Of a DNA stretch of 64,000 nt, positions 24,433 through 37,504 are shown one piece after another (the first letter of the stretch is position 1; each line of letters starts with the position of its first letter). The notes beneath the pieces were generated by a model that made no database searches, had not been told where the DNA came from, and worked only from the letters and a program-made list of their open reading frames with translations. Position numbers and translations under genes: made by a program. The stretch comes from Ginglymostoma cirratum (taxonomy: Eukaryota): NCBI GenBank assembly GCA_024137785.1, contig JAHRHZ010000021.1:23494549-23558548 (forward strand), written 5' to 3'.

Positions 24433-25862
24433 TTTTACTTATTCATTTTTGTGGGATGTGGCCATTGCTGGCTGGCCAGCATTTATTGCCCGTCCCTAGT
24501 TGCCCTTGAGAAGGTGGTGGTGAGCTGCCTTCTTGAACCGTTGCAGTCCACCTGCTGTGGGTTGACCCACGATGCCATTAGGCAGGGAATTCCAAGATTT
24601 TGACCCAGAGACAATGAAGGAAAGGCAATATATTTCCAAGTCAGGATGGTGAGTGGCTTGGAGTGGAACTTGAAGGTGGTGGTGTTCCCATATGTCTGCT
24701 ATCCTTGTCCTTCTAGATGGAAGTGGTCGTGGGTTTGGAAGGTGCTGCCTGTGAGGATCTTTGGTGAATTTCTGCAGTGCATCTAGTAGATAGTACACAC
24801 AGCTGCTACTGAGCACCAGTGGTGGAGCGAATGGATGTTAGTGGATGTAGTGCCAATCAAGTGGGCTGCTTTCTCCTGGATGGTGTCAAGCTTCTTGAGT
24901 GTTGTTGTTGGGCCTGCACGCATCCAGGCAAGTGGGGAGTATTCCATCACACTTCTGACTAATGTCTTGCAGGTGGTGGACAGGTTTTGTGGAGTCAGGA
25001 GGTGTGTTAATCGTGAGAGTATTCCTAGTCTCTGACCTGCTCTTGTAGACACAGTGTTTGTGTGGTGAGTCCAGTTGAGTTTCCATTAAATGATAACCTG
25101 CAGGATATTGACAGTGGGATTTCAGTGATGGTAATACCATTGAATGTCAAGGGTCAGTGGTTAGATTGTGTCTTATTGTCGACGGTTATAGCCTGGCATT
25201 TGTGTGTCGCAACTGTTACTCGCCGTTTGTCAGCTTGAACCTGGATATTGTCCAGATCTTGTTGCATTTGGACACAGACTGCTTCAGCATCTGAGGAGTC
25301 ATGAATGGTGCTGAACATTGTGCAATCATCGGCGATCATTCCCATTTCTGACCTTATGATGGAGAGGACGTCATTGATGAAGCAGCTGAAGACGGTTGGT
25401 CCTAGGACACTACACTAAGGAACTCCTGCAGAGATATCCTGGAGCTGAGATGACTGACCTCCAATAACCACGACCATCTTCCTATGTGTCAGGTATGACT
25501 CCAACCATTGTAGGGTTTGCCCCCGGATTCCCATTGATTCCAGTTTTGCATGGGCTCCTTGATGCCACACTTGGCCGAATGCAGCCTTGATGTCAACGCT
25601 GTCACTCTCACCTCACTTCTGGAATTCTGCTCTTTTATCCATGTTTGAACCAAGGCCATAATGAGGTCAGAAGCTGAGTGGCCCTGGTGAAACCCAAACT
25701 GGGCATCGCTGAGCAGGTTATTGCCAAGCAGGTGCTGCTTCATAGTGCTGTTAATGACACCTTCCATCACTTTACTAATGATCGAGAGTAGACTGACGGG
25801 ACAGTAATTGGCTGGATTGGATTGGTCCTCCTTTTTATGTGCAGGGCGTACTTGCGCAACTA
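24433..25862 (-). mobile_element. CR1/L2-superclade LINE, 3' ~1.4 kb of RT
   Basis: NYCPVSLLSIISKVMEG, QFGFHQGHS, GVP*CSVLGP, IADD, VRSVMEYSPLAW, KSWNSLP. Its 3' tail is shared with the SINEs at 899-1243 and 28567-28925. Confidence 0.9.
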
Positions 25863-26323
25863 CATTTGACTCCAACATAAATATTCCTGGTATCAGATAT
25901 AGAGTTACTTGCTCCATGCTAAATCATTATACTTTGAATGTTTTGAGGACATGGATCTGATTAAATAATCTGGTTATATTTAAAAAATGTGTTCTACCTG
26001 CTCATCATTTAATGTCACACTGGAGTGGTTATACCATGCACTGTCAAATTCAGGTAATATGAGAGTACATCCATCACAGCTTTTGCAACCTTTCTTTCTG
26101 GAGTCAAGTGGCGAATTGACTTATGATTTACACTGTAACCTAAATATCAGTGTAAAAAGAAAACTGCATGTGTTCCCAAGCTGAAGAAGTGGTATAAACA
26201 TATACATTAAAGAAAGGGATGGTATGATAATTCAACACTAGGACAAGAGGGAAGAGGAAGAGAGAAATAGAAAAATAAAACACTGGCCAGACTATAGCAT
26301 CACAAACTAATGTAGTTCATTAT

Positions 26324-27090
26324 GGGCTGATTCCTACCAGAATTCAGCCAGATACCATTTTCATCAAGTTTCGCAGAAGGTTTCTCAAGAATTATCCCAA
26401 AATTGCGTCATTAACTTCATTCCATAGTCCTTTAGTGCCAACTGTCGCTAGCCCGAGTCTCCCAAGTACCATGGATGGAAGTACTATTTATTGCCAGACT
26501 ATTAGCAATATCAGAACACAACTGAGTTCATATATAGAAAAGAGTTCTATTCCATCGATTCACAGGTCAGTTGTGATTGTCGGTAGCAAATCTTGGAAAT
26601 TTGCCTGTAGAACCTGGCAGCTGCGATGATGCTTATTTCATTGAGGGCTGTAATGTTCCAACTGCATTTGAAGAGCCAGACATCTTGCAAGAATGGTTAT
26701 TGGGGAATAAGAGCTACCATCTGTGACCAAGCTGAAGATTGTTATTTAGCCCACTAACTGAGGCAGAGTGTAGATACAGTTCTGCCCATTATTTAACTGA
26801 GGTCATAGTGGAGTAGACAATAGGCCTGCTGAGGATGAGATTCCAATACTTGGGTCATTCTGGAGAGGGTATGCACTATGTCCAGACACAATGTGCTGCA
26901 TAATCCTAACACATTGTGTCCTGCACTACTGAAGTAGGCAATGAGGAGATGTGATGGAGGTGGGACTATTTATCTGAGGAGGATAATGAGGAGATTGAGT
27001 AGGAGGAATATAATCTTTTCCGTGACAAAGTGCAGCAGCATCAGGCACAATAAGCTAGAAAGGACTCTCTGTTCCAGTAGAGGTGAGCTG
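26324..27090 (+). mobile_element. Harbinger DDE transposase remnant with terminus-like sequence
   Basis: FIYRKEFYSIDSQVSCD, PGSCDDAY, WLLGNKSY, TEAECRYSSAH, IVE*TIGLLRMRF and an acidic tail: HARBI1-family motifs. gggctgattcc terminus at 26324. Confidence 0.85.
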
Positions 27091-27759
27091 GGCATAGTGA
27101 TCATACTTTGACTGTAAAATTGCTATTGTTCAATAAGAAAGCAGTCTGTTTCTGTTCTAATTGAAAAGCATTAACTTTGTAACTGTTGAATAAAGGTAGG
27201 ACTCTCACTGCTGCTCTCGTCTTGCCATCCAATACTTTGTTGGAAAATAGGGCATTGACATTGAGAAGGTCTTCTCTGGGCATCTCACCCAATTATCTCA
27301 ACTTCCTTGTATGGCCCACGTCATTCAGGGGTTTGGAAAATTCCTTAAAAGAGCCAAGCAAATTGTCTCATTCTGTGTTCTTTCGCTGAAGCCTTAAAAT
27401 ATGTTTTTTTTTCCCCTTTAAAAGTCTTTTAAAGTAATATGAATGAAATAGGCAGATGTGAAAGGTTATAATGGGGATAGTTAGTTGTAATTATCCCAAA
27501 TAATATTAACACTGCTTTCAACAGGCTGTATGTTTTAGGAAATTGCAGTGTATCTCTATATCTCCCTGACTTTAGCTCAGGGGCACCGATTAGCCCAACT
27601 GAAGCTTGTGAATGAATGGAATTGTTGATAGATGAGAAATTGAAGACATCATTAATGTAAAACAACATTTTAATTTCTTTTAGTGTAATCACTTTGAAAT
27701 GGAAGAATTAGTATAAACAATGAAGAGACCATAGCTTGAGAATTGTAGAGACTTGCCTT

Positions 27760-28440
27760 TGTGAGATTAACATTAAAGCGGTTCCATTGGCAAATGGTTT
27801 TCTAAGAACCATCAACTCGACTTATTGTTCTCCATCAAGTAGTATAGGCACAGAGGAGTGCTACATAATTAAGGCATTATGAATACTTCCAGGATAATGG
27901 TTATTAACATCCATAATGTTGATTCTGTTATCAAGCACCACATAGATATTTCCTGAGCATAAACTCTGGGAATTCATGCAGTCAAAAGGGTTGATGTTAG
28001 GAGCCATGAATCTCACTACTAAGATATATTGCACTCAAGGAAAGAAACACTGTCTTCTGGTAGAATGGATTTGTCCTGCTCAACCGATGCCTCCTTTCCA
28101 CAATTTTTGAATGAGTTCGCTCTGCAAATATAATGTGTGTGTTTTTGGCAGACTGATAAGGCAGAGGAACCTCTGTGGTGACTTGAATGTATCAATAGGT
28201 AAAAGTTCCATGTTGTGATATGATTTAGTGCTCCTGGAGCTGTTTATCGGACATAGTCTACAGGCCATGTACATAGGCAGTGTTAATATGACACAGGATT
28301 TTTTGTGTCCTGTGAAGGCGGCTAAGATGCCACCATGCCAAAATGCCCTGATTTGTTCAGGGAAGTTTATATCCACAACTATGATGGTCCCAGGGGCAAG
28401 TCTCATGTTGATTTATTGCTGAGGGTCTAGCTTCATGATA
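27760..28440 (-). mobile_element. Second Harbinger transposase remnant
   Basis: VRFMAPNINPFDCMNSQSLCSGNIYVVLDNRINIMDVNNHYPGSIHNALIM*HSSVP (27770-28020) aligns to the HARBI1-type AP....Y.NRKG.HS.N...V.D......PGS..D region. The upstream extent is uncertain. Confidence 0.75.
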
Positions 28441-28566
28441 TGAGTGCAGTGGTTCATTCGAATATTCACCATCACCTTCCCAAAATAAACAAGGGATGGT
28501 CCCAATGAATGCTGGTCCTAATCGTTACATCCACATCCTGGGAACATAGTTTAAAAGACACAAATG

Positions 28567-28925
28567 GGGAGGGGGAAGTGATGGCCTAGTGGTATTATCG
28601 CTAGACTGTTAATCCAGAGACCCAGAAGACATTCTGGGGACATGGGTTCGAATCCCACCATGGCAGATGGTGGACTTTGAATTCAATAAATATCCAGAAT
28701 TAAGAATCTAATGATGACCATGAATCCATTGTTGGTTGTCTAATGTCAATTGGTTCACTAATGTCCTTTAGGGAAGGAAACTACCATCTTTACCTGGCCT
28801 GGCCTATATGTGACTCCAGACCCACAGCGATGTGGTTGACTCTTAACTGCCGTCTGGGCAATTAGGGATGGACAATAAATGCTGCCTAGCCAGCGATGCC
28901 CTCATCCTGTGAACAAATAAAAAAT
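28567..28925 (+). mobile_element. tRNA-derived SINE, near full length
   Basis: A-box tggcctagtgg, B-box ggttcgaatcc, body, LINE-derived tail gggcaattagggatgg.caataaatgctg..tagccagcgatgcc and A-rich end. Confidence 0.9.
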
Positions 28926-29220
28926 AAAGAAACATTGTATGAATTATTCCTAATATAAAACATGTAGCATACTCAGACTCTCCAAGGAATACAGTTCTCA
29001 CCACTTTGTATGCTGTAATTTAAGTGAAAACAGCAACCTCAATTAATTAAGGAAAGTGTCAGTAGAAGAAAAAGAAACAAAAACATGGCAAACATTCTGC
29101 GTCCTGAACAGCTGGCATCTCTTCTCCACAAGGAAAGTCATTGAAAGACCAAATTGCCATGTGAAAATGAAACATGCAAGTGTGCAATTAATGCATGGAG
29201 AAATGCAACTGCTGTAAAAC

Positions 29221-29765
29221 AGGGCTGAAATTTACACAGGGAGTGGAGTTCCCACCCACACCGCCACTGTAACATTTGGGATAAGCCCACTTACGCTTGG
29301 CTTGACTTCATCTCATGCCTAAAAAGGAAGCCCAAGTACAAGATCCGCAGTTGTGTGCATCTCCCTTGAAGAAGAGGCAGGAACCTGGAACACGGTGAGT
29401 CCAGGGTTTTGCAATGGGCCAGTTCAGCAAAGAGAATGGGTAATGTTGGTTACGGATGAAAGTTGAAGAATGCTCACAATTGATACAGGGTGCCCAAATA
29501 GATGTTACACCCACATCCCACCAACCTGTCTCTCACCAGGGCTGTCAGATTTCACTTGGTGGCATGGCCTCACCTCCTGTGCCATGGGAAAAATACCAGT
29601 AATGGTCAGAGGCAGCCCTTAATTGATCACCACTTATGTACCTCAATGGACTCATAATTGAGTGGCTGCCTGAAACATTGTGCAGTTGTATTTTAATTAA
29701 ATAGGTTGGCCTATCTCTTTCACCACCAGATGGGTCCCTCAAAGGGCTGAAAAATAATTTACAGT
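29221..29765. mobile_element. Possible non-autonomous Harbinger-type MITE
   Basis: Starts agggctgaaatttac like other Harbinger ends here; interior more GC-rich than flanks; right end unclear. Confidence 0.3.
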
Positions 29766-29989
29766 AAAAAGGCATTGAGAAGTCTCTCCATTATCAGAGA
29801 TGGTATCACATTTATAGACATTGCATGAAACTCCAACTAAAGGTTTAAAGTTGCAATCATCCTGACGTGGTTATATCATCCAATCTTAAACACCCACCAC
29901 AATTGCTCTTCCTTTTCACATTACTTCAGCTTTGTGAATATCTGCAATTCATTCCCTAATTCACAAGTTCCCTGTAACTGACTGATTGT

Positions 29990-30480
29990 ATGTCGGAATA
30001 GATTTCCTGAAGACATTTGATAAGGTTATCAAAGATTAAAGATTATTACAGAAAATGAAATCTCATGGTGCACGGACTTGGTAGAAGATTGACTGAAATT
30101 TTAAGGGGTTTTGACAGGCTGGAAGTGGAAAGGATGTTTCCCTTTATGTGAGAATTTGGAAGCAGAGGCCACTGTTTAACAATAAGAGGTTACCTATTTA
30201 AGATGATAAGGAAAGGTGATAAGGAAAAATCTTTTTCTCTCAGAGGTTAACAAATCTTTGAAACCTTTTTTCTCAAAAAGTGGTGGAAGCAGAGGCTTTG
30301 AAACTTTTGAAAGCAGAATTAGATACATTCTAGATTAGATAATGGGTGAAAGAATATCAGGGCTTGGTGGGAATGTGGAGTAATCAGATCATCCAGGAAT
30401 ATTGAATATTGAATAGCAGGGCAGGCTCAAGAGGCCGAATGGTCTACTTCTCCTAATTCATACATATTTATTTATGTATG
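29990..30480 (+). mobile_element. CR1 3' fragment
   Basis: DFLKTFDKV, then FFSQRL..L*N and CR1 3'UTR ggctcaagaggccgaatggtctacttctcctaattc. Confidence 0.8.
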
Positions 30481-30635
30481 TAGACCATATGGATTAAGTA
30501 GTTTGGATGTATCATCCCCTAATGCTCCCACTTCATTCATGCATAGTATTAAAAATCAACTATGTGGGCAACAAGCACTATATTTGGGCATCAACCTACC
30601 TAACATGGGAAAGATTGTGTTTGATTAATTTATAA

Positions 30636-31400
30636 AGTCATGCAGTTACACAGCACGGAAACAGACTCTTCGGTCCAACTCTCCCAGGCTGACCAGACAT
30701 CCCAATCTGACCTAGTCCATTTGCCAGCATTTGGCCCATACATCTCTCAACCCTTCCTATTCATGTATCCATCCAGATGCCTTTTAAATGTTGTATTTGT
30801 ACCTGCCTCCAATTTCTTTCAAGTTTTGTGACATATAAATTTAGAAAGAAAGCAGGCATTGATAAAACTTATCAAAAAAAATGTAGGTTTCCTATCATAG
30901 AATCATAGAGTCATAGAGCACAGTAACAGATCCTTCATTCCAACCAGCCCATGCCGAACATAATCCCAAACTAAACTAGTCCCACCTGGCTCCTCCTGAC
31001 TCATATCCCTCCAACCTTTCCTATTCATATATCCATCCTAATGTCTTTTAAACGTTGTAATTGTCCCCACATCAACCATTTCATCACGAATATCATACCA
31101 CATGCAAACCAACCTCTGCATAAAAAATTTGCCCCATGTCTTTTTTAAATCTCTCTCCTTTAGTCTTGAAATTCCCCATCTTAGGGAAAAGACAACTACC
31201 ATCAACTCTATCTATACCTCTCTTTACTTTATAAACTTCTATCAGGTCACCTCTCAACCTCCTATGCTCCAGTGGCAAAGGGCCCTAGCCTATCCAGCCT
31301 TTCCTTATAAATCAAACCTTCCATACCCAGCAACATTCTGGTAAATCTCTTTTGAACCCTCTCCAGCTTGATAATACCCTTCCTATAACTGACTGTCCTC
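30636..31400 (-). mobile_element. Two CR1 3' fragments (30636-30815 and 30893-31400)
   Basis: LEHRRLRGDLIEVYKV; atcatagaatcatagagtcatagag tail repeat. Confidence 0.85.
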
Positions 31401-31880
31401 CAGATGCAGAATCAGTATCATACGCACAGTAAAACAATTCGAATTCAACACTACTTTTTTGAAAATGGTTAAGAAAAAGTGAGAAAATAGCATCTGAGGA
31501 TGCCAGTTGATCATCCAAGACAACATTTGAAAGACATTGCTTGTTGAATGAATAAAGTACTGTCATTACTGCCAAGCGAGACCTAACATTTGAGACTGTC
31601 AGAATGACTGGCAGACAGAACTTTGATGTCACCTGATTACACGTCAAAATTCAATAGTCAACATGATACTTTGTTTCAGCAGTATTGTTAAGGGTAGTTC
31701 TGAGTTTCTGACAAGGGTCTAAAACAGTGCCAATAATTTTGCAATATGACTGTGAAGGTGACTGTGACGGTATTATTTGATTCCCTGGATTCCTTTCAGG
31801 CTGAAGCAGGTGATATTTGAAATTTCTCCCAGTTTGCCGTCTGTTGTTTAAAAGTATAGGTCACTGGGTCTTACAGTTGC
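31400..31880 (-). pseudogene. Decayed coding tract (putative FSIP2-like long exon)
   Basis: Open frame LPVILTVSNVRSRLAVMTVLYSFNKQCLSNVVLDDQLASSDAIFSLFLNHFQKSSVEFELFYCAYD in AT-rich non-repeat DNA. Confidence 0.35.
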
Positions 31881-32052
31881 AAAAGAGTAAAACAAAACAG
31901 AGAGATGGAGATGGAATGAGCACAAGGCACTGCTAGGATTGCAGGTCTCCTTGTGTGCATGGTGCCTTTGAATGCATGCACATCAGTTTGCCAGGTTTGC
32001 TAATAAGTTTTGAGATTCCACTTATTCTGTATCCAGCTGGTATGTGACCAAG

Positions 32053-32153
32053 TCCCGAACCGAAACGTCAGCTTTCCTGCTCCACTGATGCTGTGTTCCT
32101 CCAGCTCCACACCTTGTTATCTCAGACTCCAGCATCAGCAGTTCCTACTATCT
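32053..32153 (+). mobile_element. Penelope-like pLTR (family A)
   Basis: Perfect 16-bp TSD ctggtatgtgaccaag (32037-32052, 32154-32169). Confidence 0.85.
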
Positions 32154-32507
32154 CTGGTATGTGACCAAGCTTTGTGCATCAAAAAACATATTGGCTATTA
32201 TCCTGCAAACTGTCATGATATTTTCATTTTGTGCCAGCCCACTGTACAACCTGCATTTGAATTCTCTGCCAACTCAGGGAGTAGCTACTGAGTGATGGGA
32301 TCTATCCACTGATCACCTCACTCATGTCTGGTGATAGGGATATAATGTAGGTCATGTTGCAGCAGGAAATATGGTAGAGTAAACAATTGAGCTGCTTAAA
32401 AAATTGGGACCATTCTGGGGAAGCGCTGCAGAATTTGGCTGAGCATGTATCAAGTTTGTGGTGGTCTGCTATTGAGGCACATCCTCGCTATCATGAAGGG
32501 ACAGCTC

Positions 32508-34712
32508 TTAGAACATTGAACATAGAACAGTACAGCACAGGAGCAGGCCTGTTGGCCCATGTTGCTGTGCCAAACATGTCGCCAAATTAAAATAATCCCT
32601 TATGCCTGCCCATGGTCCAAATCCCTCCATTCTTGGCTTATTCATGTGCCAATCTAAAAGCCCCTTAAACACCCCTATCATATCTGCTTCCACCATTACT
32701 CCTGACAGCACATTCCATGCACCTACCACTCTGTGTAAAAAACTTAACCTTCACATCTCCTTTGAACTTTCCTTGTCTTAGCTTAAATGCTTGCCCTCTG
32801 ATAGTAGACATTTCAATTCTAGGAAAAAGATTCTGACTGTCATCCTTTTCTATGCCTCTCATAATTTTATAATCTTCTATCAGATCTTTCTTCAGCCACC
32901 AATGCTCCAGAGAAAACAACCCTAGCTTGTCCAGTCTCTCCTTATAGCTCATACCCTGTAATCCAGGCAGCATCCTGGTAAGCCTCTTCTGTACCCTCTC
33001 TACAGTATCCACATCCTTACTGTAATGTGGTGACCAGAATTGAAAGCAATACTCTAAGTGCAGCCTAATCAAAGTTTTAAAAAGTTGCAACATCACTCCC
33101 TGACTCTTGTTCTCATTGTCCCGACCAATAAATCAAGCATTCTTTACCACCCTATCTATTTGAGTGGCCACTTTCAGGGAACTATGGACTAGGATCCCAG
33201 GATCACATCAATGCTGTTATGGATTCTGCCGTTAATTGTATAATCTTCCCTTAACGTTTGATCTGCCAAAGTGCGACACCTCATATTTGCCTAGATTAAA
33301 CCCCTACTTCCATTTCTCTGTGCAGATCTGCCACTAATCTATATCCCACTGAATCCTTTGATGATCTTCTACACCATCTACAACTCTGCCAATCTTTGCA
33401 TCATCTGAAAACTTGCTAACCACTTATCTATGTTTTCATTCGAGTCACTTGTATAAATTACAAACAACAGAGGTCACAGTACGGATCCCTGCAAAACACC
33501 ACTAGTCATGGACCTTGAGCCAGAAGACTCCCCTTCCACCATTACCCTTTGCCTTCTATGGGCAAGCCAATTCTGAATACAAACAGTGAAGTTCCCTGGA
33601 TTCCATACATCATAATCTTCTGGACGAGCCTACCATGAGAGACCTTTTGAAAGACTTACTGAAATCCATGTCGACAACTTTCACTACTCTACCTACATTG
33701 ATCATCCCCCTCTCCACCCCAACCCAAAAGAAATCTATCATTTTTATAGGACAGGACCTGCCCTGCACAAAACCATGCTGTCTGTCCCTAATTAGGCCAT
33801 GATTTTCCAAATACGTGTAAATCCTATCCCTAAGAATCTTTTCCAATGACTTCCCAACCATGATATGAGACTTACTGGTCTATAATTTCCTGGATTATCT
33901 CTATTTCCATTCTTGAACAACTGAACATTAGCTACTTGCTAGTCCTCAGGGACCTCTCCAGTGGCTAGAGAGAAGAAAAAGATCTTGTTCAAGGTCCCAG
34001 CAATTTCTCTTGCCTCTCTCAGTAACCTGGGGTAGAAACTGTCGGGCCCTGGGGACTTATCCACCTTAATGCTCTTCAAGAGACCCAACACCACTTCTTT
34101 CTTGACTGCAAAAAAAAACCCTTGCATATTAACATGCCCCACACTAATCTCATTATCCTCCATGCCCTTCTCTTTGGTGAATACTGACACAAAGTATTCA
34201 TTTAAGATCTCTCCCATATCCTCTGCCTCCAAGCACAAGTTCCCTCTTTTATTCTTGAGTGGTCCTACCCTCTCCCTAGCCATTGTCTTCTTTGTAAAGT
34301 ATGTATAAAAAGCCTTGATTCTCTTTAACCTACTCATCAAGAATATTTCATGGCCCATCCTTTCTATCCTAATTTCCTGCTTGAGTTCTTTCCTGCTTTA
34401 TATTCTTCATGGGCCCTGTCAGGTTTTAGCTTTCTAAACCTTACATATGCTTCTTTTCTTTTTTTGACTACATTTACAAGCTCCCTCATCATCCGAGGGC
34501 CCCATACCTTGCCACTGTTGTCCTTCCTCCTTACTGGCACACACCGGTCCTGAATTCTGATCAGTAGGTCTTTAAACAACTCCCACATGTCATACTTAGA
34601 CTTGCCCGATAACAGCTGCTCCCAAATAACACTCCCTAGCTCCTGTCTATTACTGAGGAAATTTGCCTTCCCCCGGTTTAGTACCTTCCCTCGAGGTCCT
34701 GACTTATCCTTG
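32508..34712 (-). mobile_element. CR1 (HER1-like) LINE, 3' ~2.2 kb
   Basis: VDKSPGPDSFYPRLLRE, QHGFVQGRSC, DMDFSKSF, LIRLHLEYCFQFWSPHY, VGAWNVL; agaacat-type tail. Confidence 0.95.
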
Positions 34713-34949
34713 TAAGCCCTCTTGTGGACCTTGCCTTAAGAGATTGAGGGAGAAGATAAGGAGGAGGGAAGAGACTAATGAAACATCCCCTTTCTGGCCA
34801 TGATAATTATAATTGAGTTTTCTGACTGTAGGACTAGGAAATACAACACCCAATTTTCTATTCACCAAGTCTCACACCTTACCATCCCTCTGCTACTGAT
34901 GATGGTTTAAGGTGAAAAAGGAAATAAATGTAGGACCAGGCCATTTGGG

Positions 34950-36281
34950 CCCTCACTCATCAGATGCTGTAAACTGAAGTAAGCAATCTGCTGCTGTCTT
35001 TTCTAACTACCACAGCAAAATACTGCATATCTTTCTCTGTGAGGTCTATGGCCTTCACATCAAAGGCCCAAACAAATTTAAAGTTCATGAGGCTCTGTTC
35101 AGTGAACTACATCTGGCATGCATTGTGTGCTTGTGTCCTTTCAGAAGATAGAATGAGTACAATGCTAGCAGTTTAATATATGTGTGCCAATTAGCATTGA
35201 CAATTAACAGAAATGGAGATGAAAACTGTTAAGGTGAAAGGATGTATTTTAAGGTCTTGATTGTAAGTAATCACTGTGAGGTGAGATAAGTCATCAGTAA
35301 GATCCTGAGTAAAACACCTCTTTAACCAGAGTGATTTAGAAGGACCGTTAACCAGATTATGTAACTGATGATTGAAGAGGGTAAATAATTTTTCTGGTGA
35401 GAGAAATTCAAACTGATTTCACTCATCTATTGCACGAAATAAATCAAGCTTGCATAAACAAAATTTGAATCAATTGTTTGAGATCTTCTCAACGTTAGTT
35501 GTCAAATTGAAAGTTGTCAATTTTGAAATATGCAGGGTCTCTGAAACAGATGTTTACCATTTTAAGTATGCTGTCTGGAATCCAAACATCAGCTTTAGGA
35601 CCCATATGCAAAATTTGTCATCAGCTGGAGGAGCAAACACTGAGCACGCTCTATTGATTTGTCGAAAATATTATTTTAAAGAGTTACAATGGTTAACTTA
35701 GAGCTTGGCAGAGAATTATTCAACATTGCGACATTTTCAAATGTTAATTTATCATCTGATTCTTAAAAGGATTATAGACAACTATTTAATTCCAGCATAG
35801 AACACCTTTAATCAGAAGAATGTTTCTTTGAAGTTGCATTCATAACTATTTATAATCAGTCAAGTTCCCTCAGCGTACGTTCAAATAATTTAATTGATTC
35901 AGGATTCAGAAGCTAAAGCTTGTTGGTATCATGAGACAACATTTCAAATGCTGGAAAATTAGGCATTATGCGTGAAGCTGACATCAATATTCCATCATAG
36001 TGCACTCATTTGCTGTACCTAGACCCTGTAAATTTCTATTTCTCACTCGATACAGTGACCCATGTTCGTTAATATGTCATGCTGTCTGATATAAGTGTGT
36101 TATTCGTGGATCACTTGCCAAGAGAGAAGTGAGCTAAATATCTTCTATCACATGTCTTTGCAATAACATGTTCATGTTTGGTTCCTAAAGATTACTTGTG
36201 CATTTGTACATATCGCCATAACCATGATATGTTGCTTCATTCAACCTAACTGATAAAATTACATTTTCTTTATAATATTTG
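34950..36281 (-). pseudogene. Start of a decayed long exon (putative FSIP2-like)
   Basis: Acceptor tttgtttttcatactgcacag just upstream of 36281; reading pieces such as TTNVEKISNN*FKFCLCKLDLFRAIDE*NQFEFLSPEKLFTLFNHQLHNLV. Confidence 0.4.
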
Positions 36282-36961
36282 CTGTGCAGTATGAAAAACA
36301 AAAACAAACTTGATCACTAACATTACTCATAACATATTGCATTTTATACTTGCATATAGACAAATGTGTTTTGAACTATACCCTACATTTTACTGATTTG
36401 CACAATAAGAGGCAATATCATAATTTAACAGATTATTTCCATGTTTGTTTCTTCCAAATTCTAATAGTTGTCTAGAGTCAATTTTATGATTGAAATTCAT
36501 CCATGACTCATGTTGGTTTGAAGTTGAGGCCAAATTTGATAGACTCCTAGGACAGTCAAAGGATTGTGATACTTGTTTAAGCCATCATCTGTGACTGTGA
36601 CACAGAAACCATAACAATTTTGTGCTGTTAATTTCAATAATTTTATCATTCAACCAGTCCAAACTATACAATTGACGAAACACATCTACATGCCAATATT
36701 ATGAGTCGTTAACACTCTTTAAATGGGAATTGCACTGCTTAAAGCTTGCTTGCACCTGTTAAAGGAGAGTTGCGCTGTGGTTACAATAGGCACTAGCAAC
36801 AAACAGTAAGAATCTCTGCATTGGAAAGCATTTAGAATGGTACAACATATGGAGAACAGGAATTAGAGGCCTTGATGAAGCCTTGGACGTTTAAAGCAGA
36901 GACTATTTAAATTGTGAACTAGTCGTTCTGTGAGATGGAGGAGCAGCAACAATGCGCTGAT

Positions 36962-37309
36962 GGGCAGCACTGTGGCTCAGTGGTTAGCACTGCTGCCTCA
37001 CAGCACCAGGGACGTTCCTTCCTCGGGCGACTATATGTATAGAGTTTGCGCATTCTCCCTGTGTCTATGTGGGTTTCTTTTGGGTGCTCCAGTTTCCTCT
37101 TACAGTCAAAAGATGTGCAGGTTAGGTGGATTAGCCATGCTAAATTGTTCAAAGTGTCCACGGATGCGTAGGCTCGATGATTAGCCAGGGGAAATGCAGG
37201 GTTACAGGGACAGGATAGGGAGGGCTGGGTCTGGGTGGGATGCTCTTCAGAGGGTTGGTGTGGCCTTGATGGGCTGAATGGCCTGCTTCCACACTGTAGG
37301 GATTCTGTG
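36962..37309 (+). mobile_element. HE1-type SINE (elasmobranch tRNA-derived SINE with CR1 tail)
   Basis: gggcagcactgtggctcagtggttagcactgctgcctcacagc head, gtttgc.cattctccc core, CR1-like tail ggcctgcttccacactgtagggattct. Confidence 0.9.
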
Positions 37310-37504
37310 TAAGGCAAGTTCCAGGAAGCCAAAAGGATCATCTTAATGAATCCTGTGGACAGGGAATGAACTGCCTTCCTTTATTTTGGATTTGTATCTG
37401 CCTGTATGATATATAGGAGAAATTTTATCAGGCAGTTAGAATTTTAACTAGAACAGCTACATGTCAATGGTTCATAATTGTTTACCTGTAGCCTGAATCT
37501 ATTC

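Noticed and set aside
14550-27090. Domesticated HARBI1 or NAIF1 host genes
   Set aside because: Multiple copies, stops, frameshifts and transposon termini indicate ordinary decayed Harbinger elements.
28567-28660. tRNA gene (also the HE1 heads at 36962, 49743, 54167, 55421)
   Set aside because: A/B boxes continue into SINE bodies and LINE-derived tails; these are SINE heads.
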